A DNA stretch of 64,000 bases, taken from the NCBI GenBank assembly GCA_021613535.1, contig CP075493.1:5022001-5086000 (forward strand), in the 5' to 3' direction. Numbering within the stretch: position 1 is the stretch's first letter; every line of letters begins with the position of its first letter. A program made the position numbers and the translations under genes. This document shows positions 51,410 through 64,000 of this stretch, in pieces. The notes beneath the pieces were generated by a model. It was not told where the DNA came from, made no database searches, and saw nothing but the letters and a program-made list of their open reading frames with translations. The stretch comes from Adineta vaga. Its lineage: Eukaryota > Animalia > Rotifera.

Positions 51410-54085
51410 ATGGAAACAACGAATTTCAATACGGATTCATTTCGTGATTTAACATTTGATCTTCTATCTGGTATTGCTGATAATCCATCAAAATTTGATG
51501 AATTTACAAATGCTTATTTGACTAAACTACATGAGCGTAAAGATGAAGATAATCTTCGTAAATATACACGTGATATTTATGACAAAATTTTAAGTAAAAC
51601 TAATCAAATCGTTTCCTTTTTCTTTCTTTGAATACAATATGATTTTGGATTTATAGCTTTACAAACTGTTCAAACAAATACGGTATTTCAATTGAAAGAT
51701 ACATTTCATGAGAAAATAGTTGTCGTTTTTTTCTGGACATTTTCAAATATTCATTCATTTCATGTGATGTCGAAACTAATTGCTATAGACAAACGTTATT
51801 CTGCTGCTGGTGTAAGTATTCAAAAGACAATCAAATTTTTTATTGAATTTTATCTTCATTTTTTTCATTTGAAAGGTTACAGTTATTGGTATTCATTCTC
51901 CGAAATATGAACATGAAAAGAACAAAGCAAATATTCGGCATGCTATTGAAGAACAATCACTTCCATTCAATGTTGTTAATGATAATACATTACAAGTATG
52001 GAAACATGTGGATTGTCAAGTTTGGCCAACTGTTCTGATTTTTGGACCTGATGCTTTACCAATATTTATATTTGAAGGTGAAAATCATGTGCAACATACT
52101 GAAACCTTCCTTCTACTTGTTCTTGCATATTATAAATCCAGTGTACGAGCATCACCAAGTCATTCGTCGATGATCAAAATGTCACCAGACGATATTGCAG
52201 CGGCTAATACAGGTAGAATTGTTCATAGAAAGATGAATGAACAAGAAGAAATACTTTACTTTATTGTACAGGCTCAAAACCAGCAAAATTTACATATCCA
52301 AGTCATTTATGTATAACATCAAATGGACAAATGTGTATTTCTTATGCTGGTTCAAATCAAGTGATCCTATGTGAAATTGATGGGAAAGTTTTAGTATGTT
52401 ATTTGTGTATGATTTCAATAAAATAAAGATATTTTTCTTATGTAATAGGAAGTAGTAGGTAATGGTCATCCAGGTATGGCTGATGGAGAGATTCAACAAG
52501 TTGAATTTGATTCACCACGTGGACTCGTTGAATATAATAGTTGTATTTATATTGCTGATACAAATAATCATGCAATTCGTGTGGTAAAATGAAATTTTAT
52601 ATGATAAAAATTCTTGATGTTTTTTTTTGCGAATTTATCTTTAGTTTGACCCTAATTCTCGTCGTGTTTTGACATTGATAGGTACGGGTCGTCTAGGAAG
52701 TGACAAAATCGGTGGATTGAAACGATCACAACAACCTATTGCTTCACCATGGGATTTATGTATTACAGAATCACCATGTAAGAAAAAATATCGATCATTA
52801 ACTATTGACCTATTTTCTAAATATGATTCTATTTGTTTTCATTTAGTCGATCATAAAACAGTATTACTTATTTCAATGGCCGGTCAACATCAAATATGGG
52901 CTTATGCATTTGAAGAAACTCAATGGTGGAATAATTTGTAAGGAAAATTTGTCATATTTTTCTCGCAAAAGAAAGAGAATTCCTTTTGGTTTATAGGACT
53001 CTACAAAAGAATGCTTGTTTAGCCATTATTGGTAGTGGTGAAGAAGGAAATCGAAATGATCCTGAACCGATGTCTGCTACTTTAGCAGCACCTCGTGGTA
53101 TTTGTAATGGTACCATGAATGGTCAGCCAGTTCTATTCATTGCTGATAGTAATAGTTCCAGTATTCGTGTCGTAACACTTCAAAATGGTAATGTTTCAAA
53201 TCTAATTGGCGGTGATGCTGATCCAACGGTATTAATATTTTTCTTTTTTGAAAAATGAATATATATTGTTTTATGTTTTCAAATCAATAGAATTTATTAG
53301 CTTTTGGTGATCTTGATGGTAGTAGTTTTAATGCGAAATTTCAATATCCAATTGGTGTTGCTTTTCATTATCCTTCTTCTAACTTGTACATTACAGATTC
53401 TTATAATAATAAAATCAAATGTGTAGATATGAAAACATTGACATGTTCAAGTTATTTTATAACAGATATTGATACGAAAAAACAACGTGGAGAATCGAAT
53501 TCAGCAAAATTCAATGAACCTCAAGGTATCATTATTTTCGATCATTTCATGTTTATTGCTGATAAGAACAATTCTCATGTCAAACGAATTGATCTTGATA
53601 AAGGAACTGTTGTTCGAGTAAGATTTCAATGTTTTCTTCTTCATTTTCAAAACAATGTTATTCTAGTGTCGATTTAATCTAAGTGAAACTTTAAATGAAG
53701 AACGTACCTTTGGTTCCAAACAAGCTTATGTATCGATTCTTTTACCGGACACATTTCAATTACGTGATAATAATACTGGAACATGGTCTATTGAAGATGA
53801 AGGTAACTTAGAAATCAACGAATCGTTATTGTCTTTCAATATTTAATTCATTTTGTAGATGGATTTAAAATATGTGATGGTGAATTAGCAAATAGTACAT
53901 CGGAACAAATACTTCTCGATTATATTCCACGTGATAAACAAGCCTCTCGATTAAAATATGAAATTGTCATTTGCGAAGGTGAAAAATGTACAATGATGAA
54001 TGGTGAAGTTGAACCGGTTAATCAAACAGATTCATTGATTGAATTCGTCATTAAAATCGATCAATCAGAAACTAATACTAATTAA
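51410..54085 (+). CDS. NHLRC2: NHLRC2-like protein (thioredoxin-like + NHL repeats + C-terminal beta domain)
   Basis: IGIHSPKYEHEK, VVND...WPTVL, YIADTNNHAIR, ASPWDL, ISMAGQHQIW, LFIADSNSSSIR, AFGDLDG...FQYPIGV, DSYNNKIK. Confidence 0.88.
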
Positions 54086-54569
54086 TTAATTCAATCATAG
54101 TTTTTACTAATCTCGCAGAATTAAGACTTCATGTGTATTAACTATCAGAAAATTGTGTGTGTACGCGTACCTATTCATGTAGCCATTCTGGTATTATTAG
54201 TTTGAAATATTTGTTTTTCAATATATTTATAAAGACTGAAGTAGAAATAATAAGATTCAGTATTGTAAATAACTCCACTTTTTTTTCTCAATTCGATAGA
54301 TACATAGTTACGTAGTACCATTGTCAGTAGCGTCATAGATATGCCTGTGTGTGTGTGTATATATATATACTTTATTAGGTCAGTTATAAATAGTAATGTT
54401 AATTAGTCTTAGAATCAAGAGTAATTATTGTTTTGAAGCACAAAAAAAACAAATTATATCTTTGCTTCCTTGAAACTACACCGGAATTTCCGTTGTAAAA
54501 AACTTTGATGTAGAAAAAAATTAAGTTTGATTTTTCAAGTTCAGATGCTTTTCTATCGTGAAATCATGA

Positions 54570-56492
54570 TTATGTTCTAAGAGAAGAAACTGTAGAAATG
54601 CAATGAAATTTTTAAAAATATACCTGTTATTAACTTGTCTGATTGAATACTATTATCACTATGATTCACTGCCCATGGTTGTAATTCACTGGAACCAATC
54701 CATAAAAATATACTAATACCAAATATATAAATACCCGCACAGATAAAAAATACCAGTTGCCAATTGTTTGGATCCTAATTAATTAAATCTCTCATTCTAT
54801 ATTTCCAAGAAACTGAATTTACTTTTTCCGTAAGAGCACCAACCACATAGGGACTAATAATACCTGGAATTGTTGCGAACGTATTCGAAATTCCAAAAAT
54901 AATTCCTGCATGGGCAGGAGCTATATCATTTGCAACAAGAATAAAACCTCCACCAAAGCAGCATCCACTACATTGTATAAATCATTTGTTCTTGTCTGTA
55001 TAAATTCAATTCAAAACTCATTTACCTGAATGCAACACCAGTCGTAAGAAGAAGAACAGCAATATATTTAAGCTCACATGTCATAAAAGCTAAACAAAGA
55101 ACGAATAATGCAGGCAAAAGATTTCCTAAAACAGTAAATAGTTTTCTTGTTTGAGTGACTGTTAAGAATTTTCGATGAATAAGTATGTCAGCAATGACAC
55201 CTGATAGATTAATAATCAACCATTGACTAACATAAGGGAGAGCAGAGAGTATTCCATTCTAAATAGGATAAAATCTAATTATAGTTACTAATTCAAATGT
55301 ATTTCTTACAAATTTTATATTAAATCCAAGGACTTCATCCATATATTTTGGAATTGATGTGAGAAATGTATAGGTACCCCAGTTACTACATGTATGAATT
55401 ATATATAATGCCCAACAACTTGATGAGGTTAATAATGAACGCCAAGGAGTATGAAATTTGTTGTTATTATAATTTCTATTCAATTGTTCATGAGTATGTT
55501 CGAGAATGAAAGTCCTTTCAATTTCATTAATATAACGATGATTATGAGGTGAATTTCGATAGATTATGAACCAGAGAATAGTCCATAGAAACCCAAATAA
55601 ACCTTTCAAAGAGAAATTAGTTTATCACAAGTGCAGATACTTTAGAAATATATATTATTTGAAAACTAACCTACAGAATAAAAAATCAATGGCCAACCAC
55701 CAGCAAATTGCCATGAACACATTAATCCACCAATAGATAAAATCCAAAAATTTCCCATGCACCTTTAGAGTTTTAAAATTGAAAATTATAAAAAGAAACT
55801 TCGTTCATATCATTAAAATTACCGGCATTCATAAAACCCATCAATTTTCCTCGTTCATTAGGTGGTGCCCAATGAGCCATGATAACAACCATACACGGCC
55901 AAATTGTTCCATGTGCCAGGCCAACAAGTACTTGAAGAATACTAAATACAATCCAATGTGCAGCAGCGGCCATAGGCATAAATATTGTGATTAAACTTGA
56001 AATAAATATTGCACTACCAAAGAGAATTCGTGCACCATATCGACCGGCGATATATCCAGCTGGTACTTGTGTTATAATATAACCTCCAAAATAAGAACCT
56101 AATAGAATTCCTTGCGTATTTTTACTCCAAACATACGATCCTTCCTAAATGAAAGTGGAAAAAATCATTTTTGTTTGCAAAAATCTTTGTATTAAATTTA
56201 CTGTCGATGTAGTTTTATTTGCTTTGAGACAATGATGATTTAATTTCGTCGAATATGTGTTTATATTATAATGATCGATTGCTGTATGATTAACCATACA
56301 AACTAATGCAATACTTATATTCGTTTTTTGTGAAAAATGTACTATCATTCCTAGAAATCCAACAAAGGTTATAATTACACGTAGAGAACACCAGAATGGT
56401 ACTAAAAGAAAAACATTTCATTATCTTTTTTTTGTAAATTAACAAAAATATTTACCAGATAATGTAAGTTTTCCTTCAGTTTGTGTATTCAT
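54570..56492 (-). CDS. SLC17 (sialin-like) MFS anion:cation symporter
   Basis: NISIALVCMVNHT, LGSYFGGYIITQVPAG, WAPPNER, GGWPLIFY, NWGTYTFLTSIPKYM, DIAPAHAGIIFGISNT, QPWA. Confidence 0.92.
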
Positions 56493-57657
56493 TTTTCTAT
56501 TGAAATATGAATGTTCTTTTGATATACCATCTTATATAAAAATATTAATACTGGAATCATTAATCGGACCTTGATCGTTATAAAGAGACTAGAAAGATCT
56601 TTCTTTTGCTTTTTCCGTATTGTTTACACTATGATAGCTTCCTAGAAAGAAGGTAATGCACGTTCCTTCTCTCAAATAGTGCATTCTATTTTTCTTCTTC
56701 TTCGTTTTTCCGTAGTTGTTTTTCTTGTTCTTCTTCTAATGATAACATGTGTGAGAAAATGTAAGATAGAATATTAAAATAGACGAGGACATTCTGATCA
56801 ATTAAAGATTCTAGATTGATGGAAAAAGAAAATCTTAGTGTTTATTTGTTTTTTCATTCAATTAACTTGTTTTAATCTAAAAAAGATTCTCACATAATTT
56901 ATGCTCGAAAGAGCTATCTTCTTGCATGTTGGATTCAATTAGATACAATAGAAAAAATTTATCAAATTTAACTACATGTTCTCTTTTTATATTTTTACCA
57001 CTCACTTCACATCGGTACATGCTTACTGTTGACAGAGTTTATAGAAGAAAGAATATATCGAAAACAAATATCTTCTTAAAGTCTTCTTTTGAATAACATA
57101 AAAGGAAATAGCATTCTTCACATGATATTAAACATGCTTTGTTTTCATTATTTTTATGAGTCAACATTCAACAACGAATCTTAATCAATGCTTGAGGCTA
57201 CGTTCTTATTTCTCATAATTTATGGTAATCCTATTACTTCAAAGGACTTCTGACATCATTATAAGTCATGAACTAAAAGAAAGTCTTTAAATATGTATGT
57301 AGATTGACATGTCGTCATCATGTGTTTTACGCATATTGCGACATTTTCTTTTGTCAAACTAGATTATTCAAATATACTTGATATTGATTCGATTGAAATC
57401 TTTGATGCTTGCAGACGATCGTAGAAATATCGTGCTGTGTAAGCTAAATGTTACATCTTATATTGATTATAGACAAGAAGCAACATGCAATGCATAGATC
57501 CGCCAACATAATTTATCAAGTAGCTGTGAAAGAAATTGTGTATAATGTAAAATAATAAAAATCTGACTTTTTTTAAAAGGTCGAGAATAAAACTGATTGA
57601 ATATAAAGAATCTTTGGATAGCAGATAAATGATATGTTTTCGAAGTAATTTAAAAGA

Positions 57658-59298
57658 ATGCCATCTGGAACTATCTTTGTGATGAATTTGGAAGCAAATA
57701 AAGTTCGACGAGTATCTCATCGACGTCGTTCAATTATTCGAGAATTTGGACTAAATACTTCAACACATGGTGTGCCAGGTATTGCACGTAGTCAAAGTAT
57801 ACATAATACGATATTTTGGTCAATATGTTTCATTGTATTTGCTGCAATTACGCTTTATTTTGTTACTCGTGAAATTCGTAGTTATTTTGATTATCCAACT
57901 CAAACATCAGTAACAATGGTTAGTGAATGGCCACAATATTTTCCTGCATTTACGATTTGTAATATTGTACCTGTTCGTTATGATCGTTTTATTCAACCAT
58001 TTCTTGTTTATCTTACTAAAAGATTGAATACAACATATATGAATGATTCGAATGTAATTACTGCTGCTCAAGCGAGATATTTCGCAGATTTTTTCCAAAT
58101 GAAAGTTAATCGAAATGAATCTCTTGACGATTTTTATTTTTCACTCGATACAATGCTTATCAAATGTGTTTTTAATGGACGTTCTTGTTCAGCTGCAAAT
58201 TTTACTTCATTTTCTTCATCGAACTATGGACGTTGTTATACATTCAATGCAAAATTAAGAAACAGGAAAAATGTACTGTTCAGTGATGAATACAGTGGAC
58301 CAGGAAATCTAAATTTACGTTTTTATGTTCACAGTTATCAATATGTACCATACATTCGTGAAGGTAAATACAATAATTAATTTTCGATGAATATCATATT
58401 TCGATTGATCTTTTATGAATAGGTGTGGGTATGATAGGTATGCTACATGATAATGTTCAATTACCTACGATTGATTATTCTGGACTGGCATTATCGACTG
58501 GTTATAAACATCGAATAACTTATTCGAAGAAGACAATTTCATATTTACGATCACCCTATTCAACATGTGATAATAAAATTCCAATAATGATGCAAGCTAT
58601 GTTTGATAATTATCAAGGTGCCGAATATGAATATTCAGAAGATCTTTGTTATGAATTATGTACACAAGTCTATATGTAAGTATGACTATCAATATATTTC
58701 GCTTCTATCGATTGATTGCTTATCTAGTTATCAGAAATGTGGATGTATTCATCCAAAACAATGGAATGCTCGGTCGGTATTAATACCTGAAACAAATCAA
58801 CTAATTATTGCTCCTCTATGTAATATATCCGATCCATGTTATTCAGAAGCAGCTTATACATTCTTAACATCATCATCTCTTAGTGCAAAATATTGTTCAC
58901 ATTGTACACAATCATGTTCAACAACAAGTTTTAATATTAAAACATCAATGTGGAAAGCTCCATCAACATGGGTAATGGATGATATTAAACAATTTGTTGA
59001 AAAATCAAAAGTACCATTACCGAATGATTGGTTAACAAATTGGCGATCAAATGTCGATAGTAGTTATCTATCCATTGAATTAATTCATGAATCTAGTGTT
59101 GTAGAAAATTATACACAAGTAGCAACGATGACTGCTGTAGATATATTATCCAATGTTGGAGGACAAACAGGTCTTTGGATTGGTGTTAGTTTTCTTTCAT
59201 TAATGGAATTAGCAGAAATGTTATATCGATTGATTCGACATCAATATCATATTTTACGAAGAACTCCAAATGAAACTAATGATGAAAATAAAGTTTAG
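57658..59298 (+). CDS. DEG/ENaC amiloride-sensitive channel subunit
   Basis: TSTHG, FPAFTICN, YGRCYTFN, Cys-rich thumb, TM2 SNVGGQTGLWIGVSFLS. Confidence 0.95.
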
Positions 59299-59542
59299 AA
59301 GATGACTGTTTTTTTTCGTTTGTACAAAAATATTTTAATAAATAAACTGATGAGTTCAATGTTTCTACTCTATTGATAGTACCATCTATGAAAATTGCTT
59401 TGTTAGTGGCGTCCTCTTCTCCTATTGGTCAATTTTCAATTGACCTTTGTCTTGTTTCGTTCAGTATAGTGATTAGTCAGTCAGTCAGTCGTTCGTGTGA
59501 GTGTGTGTGTCAGCTAAGAGAATAAAAAATTTAACTATTACA

Positions 59543-60621
59543 ATGGAAAATACAACTACAACAATTAATGAGAAAACTCCATCATCAACACCAGTTATGG
59601 ATGAAAAAGATTTAGTAACATCAATGCGTAAACTTGAATTAATTAAAGAATTAGGGTTTGTGATCATTATTACTGATATTTATATAAACTTTATTTATTT
59701 TTTTTTCTGAATAGAGAAAAACAAAATCAATTTCAACGTCTTCAAACACATTTACAACAGACAACTGAATTAGCTACACGTGAAAATCAAGCTTTACGTG
59801 AATTTCGTAAAGAATTAGATATGCTTGTACAAGAACGTATGTCTCATATTGAAGAATTACGATTAATTCATGCTGATATTAATATTGTATGTTTTATTTA
59901 AAACTCTTTTGTTTCTGAAATATTATTAGTCTTATTATCCATAGATGGAAACAACAATTAAACAAGCTGAAGAAGAACGAACAAAAACATTACAAGATAG
60001 CAAACGTTTATTGAAAGATTATCAACCAATTAAGGAAGAAGTGAATAAAATACGAGATATGCTCAATCTTGAAAGACTTACTATCGATGATGATGAAACG
60101 GCATTAATGACTATGCAGTAGGTGTTCATATTTCTAAATTTTTCAAGCCGGAATCTTTCTCTTTCTTGCAGATTAATTTCTCAACAATCAACTGAACATG
60201 ATCTCCCATCTGTTCGAAATAATCAATCATTATCGGCAAGTTTAGATAATATTCATGAACAACTTCCATTAGGTCTTGCAATTCATTCACAACCTCAACC
60301 AATGATGAATACAAATGTTCTAACACCAACGAACAATCATCCACAACAACAACAACAACAACAAACATCGACATTAAACGTTTCAAAAGTTATTGGATCA
60401 AATCTTGATCGAACAACGTTCCGACAACAACCACCTCCAATGAAAGTAAGTGACACGATAGCTTTTAACTTTCGAATAATACTCTTGTGCAATGTCAGAC
60501 TTGTCAATCATGTCAACAACAAATACATCGTAATGCACCGATCTGTCCAATTTGTAAGGCAAAAAGTCGTTCACGTAATCCAAAAAAACCGAAACGTCGT
60601 CCAACTGATACTCATTCATAG
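59543..60621 (+). CDS. ZC4H2: Zinc finger C4H2 domain protein
   Basis: [22 protein letters not shown]; FRQQPPPMK|[33 protein letters not shown]. Confidence 0.96.
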
Positions 60622-60800
60622 ACACTCTTCAAGTCTATTTTATCGTCTCTGTATAGATCTGTTTGTTTGTTTGTTTTTTTTGTAAATTATTCTTTGTGTT
60701 TCTTCTTTTTTCAAATGAATGCAATAGAAAATAATTAGTAGTCATTGTTGTTTTGTCTGTCAATTCAATTGTAGATTTCAATAAACAAAAAAAACCTAGC

Positions 60801-61652
60801 ATGGCTCGTCGATATGATACGCGTGCAACAATCTTTTCACCTGAAGGTCGATTATATCAAGTGGAATATGCGTTAGAAGCTATTTCGCATTCTGGTGCTT
60901 CACTCGGTATTCTTGCTGAAAATGGTGTGGTCTTAGCCGGTGAAAAACGTAATGTTAGTCCATTACTTGATGATGTGAAATATTCTGAAAAGATCTATAA
61001 AATTCATGATGATCTCTGTTGTTCAGTTTCCGGTATAACCAGTGATGCAAATGTATTAATTAATGAATTACGAATGATTGGTCAACGGTAACTATTCTTA
61101 CCGTAGAAAAACATTTCTATTGATTTTCATTCATTTAGATATCTATTAACATATCAAGAACCTGCACCAATTGAATATATTGTCTCACGTTTATGTAATA
61201 TTAAACAAGCATACACTCAATTCGGTGGTAAACGTCCATTTGGTGTTTCATTTCTTTATATGGGTTGGGATAAACATTATGGTTATCAATTATATCAATC
61301 GGATCCAAGTGGAAATTATGGTGGATGGAAAGCGACATGTGTTGGTCATAATTCACAAACAGCGATCTCGATTCTTAAACAAGAATATAAAATCGGCGAA
61401 ACACAATTGACTGATGCTTTACGATTAGCAATTCGAGTATTTAGTAAAACTTTAGATACAACAAAATTAACACCAGAAAAAATTGAAATTGCAGTTTTAC
61501 AACATGATGATAAAACAAATGAAACAACAATTCGAATGTTAAAAGATGATGAATTGACAACATTAATTAAACAATATGAAGATGAACAAAGTAAATTAGA
61601 AGCAGATAGACAAAAACAACAACAAGCAACAACAGAAAAGGAGAAGAAATAA
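60801..61652 (+). CDS. PSMA4: Proteasome subunit alpha type-4
   Basis: [24 protein letters not shown]...[39 protein letters not shown]. Confidence 0.97.
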
Positions 61653-61969
61653 GAAATATACATCACAAAATAAAATAAGAACAAAAGTATTTTCAATTTT
61701 ATCCATGATTTAGCTTGTTATGTTGTATTCATTTTCTTTTATGAAAAATAAAAATAAAAACTTTCTAAAAATGTTTAGTTATCTAATTTTAAACTATTTC
61801 GAGATTCGTATCTTTTTGGAACTTTGTCATATTAAAAAATAAAGATAATATGAATATACAAGTTTGCTTGATGATAAGTAAAGATAATAAATGATATGAA
61901 AAGAATTTTCCAAACGATTTATATATATATAAAATAAAATATTATTTCACAAAGCTGTCATTATAACAG

Positions 61970-64000
61970 TTGCTTCGGCGGTATAGATATGCTCAGCAAA
62001 AAAGATCCGAGTTTAGTATTGTGGCTGCATCGAATGATGAGAAAATAATATCTCAACGGAGAAGTATTGTTGAAAATCAACATAGTTTACATTGGACATT
62101 AAACACTTCAACTACATATAATTTTACTATTATTTGGTTAAACTTGAACGCAGAAAAGCCGTACCCAGATCTTAATATAGATAGTACAATCGATGTACTT
62201 TATGACGTTGCTAGTTCATTTCATATATTTACTGATTCAGACGAATGTATAGATTTTATAACAAATATAATTGACGAAGAAGTATTTCTAATTATGACTA
62301 ATTATCAGATTCAACAAACAATTCCCCTTATTGAAGATATTCCTGTACTTAATTCGATCCGTATATTCAATTATGGTCAGATATTGAACGAACAGTGGAT
62401 ACAACAACACGGAAAAGTGCACGGAGTATTTACTGATTTCAATGCTATTATTAGTTCCATACAACACGAACTTTTTCGGAAGCGAGTGGATCTAACACCT
62501 TTTAGTATCGTGTCCACTACTTCAACTTCTAATCTTGATCAACTTGATAAGTCATTCATGTATACACAACTAATCAAAGAAATCATTCTCGATATCAAAC
62601 ACGATCACAATGCAAGACAGACATTTACATGGTTCTGTCTCAAGCAACTCAATGAGAACGATTTCAGATCACAACCATTACATCAGTTCGAAAAATATTA
62701 TGATCGTCATTCACCCATATGGTGGTACACAAAAGAACCATTTGTCTGTTCGACAATCAACAAAGCTCTTCGCATTCAAGACACGGAAATGATGACCAAG
62801 ATGGGTTTCTTTCTTCTTGATCTTCACGGTGAAATCCAACAGAGACATGAAGAAGTACCGCATACGACAAAGATGATTGTTTATCGAGAGCAAGGACTAA
62901 AAGCAACGGATGTTGAGAAAATACGAAACAGCAAAGATGGCCTCTTTGCATTTAATAGTTTCTTATCTACAAGTATCGATCGAGAAGTTTCTCTCATGTT
63001 TGCAGAGAGTGCTCGTCAAAATATTGATATGCATGGAGTACTATTTCGAATGGAAATTGATTCATCAATATCTTCTGCACCATATGTGTCACTATGCGAT
63101 CTAAGCAAGTTTGGCGACGAAGAAGAAATTCTATTTTCAATACACACTGTATTTCGAATTGGTGAATTGATTAAAATTCAAGATAGCTTATGGGAAATCT
63201 CCCTGGCATTGACAAGTGATAGTGATCCTGACTTGAAATCTTTGACAGATTATTTGCGAGAAGAAATAGGCTTCATAGGCGGTTGGCATCGGATGGGAAT
63301 GTTGATGATGAAAATCGGCAAATATGAAAGTGCACTAGAAATATTTAACATGTTAATTCAAACAAGATTCGATGACGATTGCGACATCGATGAGTTATTT
63401 CGCACTTTTGTCAATATAAATATTGGTGAAACACATCGGTCAATGGGAGAGTATTCGAGCGCATTAAAACATCTGAAGAAAGCACTTGAGACTTACCAAA
63501 ACATTCTTCCACATGATAATCCAATATTCGGTACGATATACAATAATACTGCTGTTGTTCATTTACATATGGGTGACTATACGGCTGCATTGTTCAATTT
63601 CGAGCAAGCTCTTAATAATATACCGCAAATCTCTTCCATTTGATCATCCATTTTTAGCTACTTGTTACAACAATACTGCTTTAGTGTATCAATTCATGAG
63701 AAATTTCAAAATGGCGCTATCATTCTTTGAAGAAGCGCTGAAAATCTTGCACAAATCTCTTCCAACAAATCATCCAACTTTAGCTACAATCTATCACAAT
63801 ATTGCTTCAATACATTACTCAACAGGCAATTACGAAGCAGCTCTATCGTATTTTAAGAAAACCTTCGAAATATTTCAAAAGTCTCTTCCATCTGATCATC
63901 CTGATTTTGCCATGCTTTATATGAATGTAAGCGGTACACTCATCGATCATGTGGAAATCGTGAGACAGCATTATCTTACGCAAAGAAAGCACTTGAAATA
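61970..64000 (+). pseudogene. R-S-E-type ADP-ribosyltransferase + TPR array gene; two frameshifts in the TPRs (pseudogene or assembly error); runs off window
   Basis: PIWWYT, INKALR, VYREQG, FNSFLSTS, VLFRMEID, DEEEILF, then 42-aa TPRs (SLP..HP..A..YNN); repeats continue in shifted frames after ~63617 and ~63940. Confidence 0.8.

Noticed and set aside
1-64000. SL RNA gene, tRNA, rRNA, CRISPR array, intact transposon
   Set aside because: None recognised by eye; a covariance-model and repeat search would be needed to exclude them fully.

Overview
AT-rich, gene-dense animal genomic DNA with many short (~50-60 nt) GT-AG introns. The gene content, especially an intronless ART-TPR gene, a divergent nuclear receptor and an HFRGG-motif protein, suggests a bdelloid rotifer; this is inference, not a database result. 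About 26 protein-coding genes were reconstructed by eye: CLN3 (partial), zeta-COP, HFRGG-motif protein, APEH, C19orf47-like SAM protein, an unannotated PPxY-SAM-B-box-CaaX protein, RPL28, VKORC1, nuclear receptor, 3-Ig lachesin/DIP-like, TMEM272-like, POLR2K, RPL36, PIH1D1 with a nested antisense Myb/SANT gene, CUB-LDLa-TM, ARHGAP20-like, SENP, PHB2, TEDC1, PHF10, NHLRC2-like, SLC17, DEG/ENaC, ZC4H2 and PSMA4. There are also two disrupted loci: an HFRGG duplicate and a frameshifted ART-TPR gene. Main observations: (1) same-strand genes 114-390 nt apart with unpaired AG|A acceptors before the ATG, consistent with operons resolved by SL trans-splicing; (2) a 161-aa PPxY-SAM-B-box-CaaX gene missed by the ORF track, head-to-head with a second SAM gene across a GC-rich hairpin; (3) a hidden upstream exon giving APEH a mitochondrial-type presequence; (4) in-phase stop-containing exons in PHF10 and zeta-COP introns; (5) an R-S-E ADP-ribosyltransferase-TPR gene. 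CDS coordinates are gene spans including introns. No tRNA, rRNA, CRISPR or intact transposon was seen.
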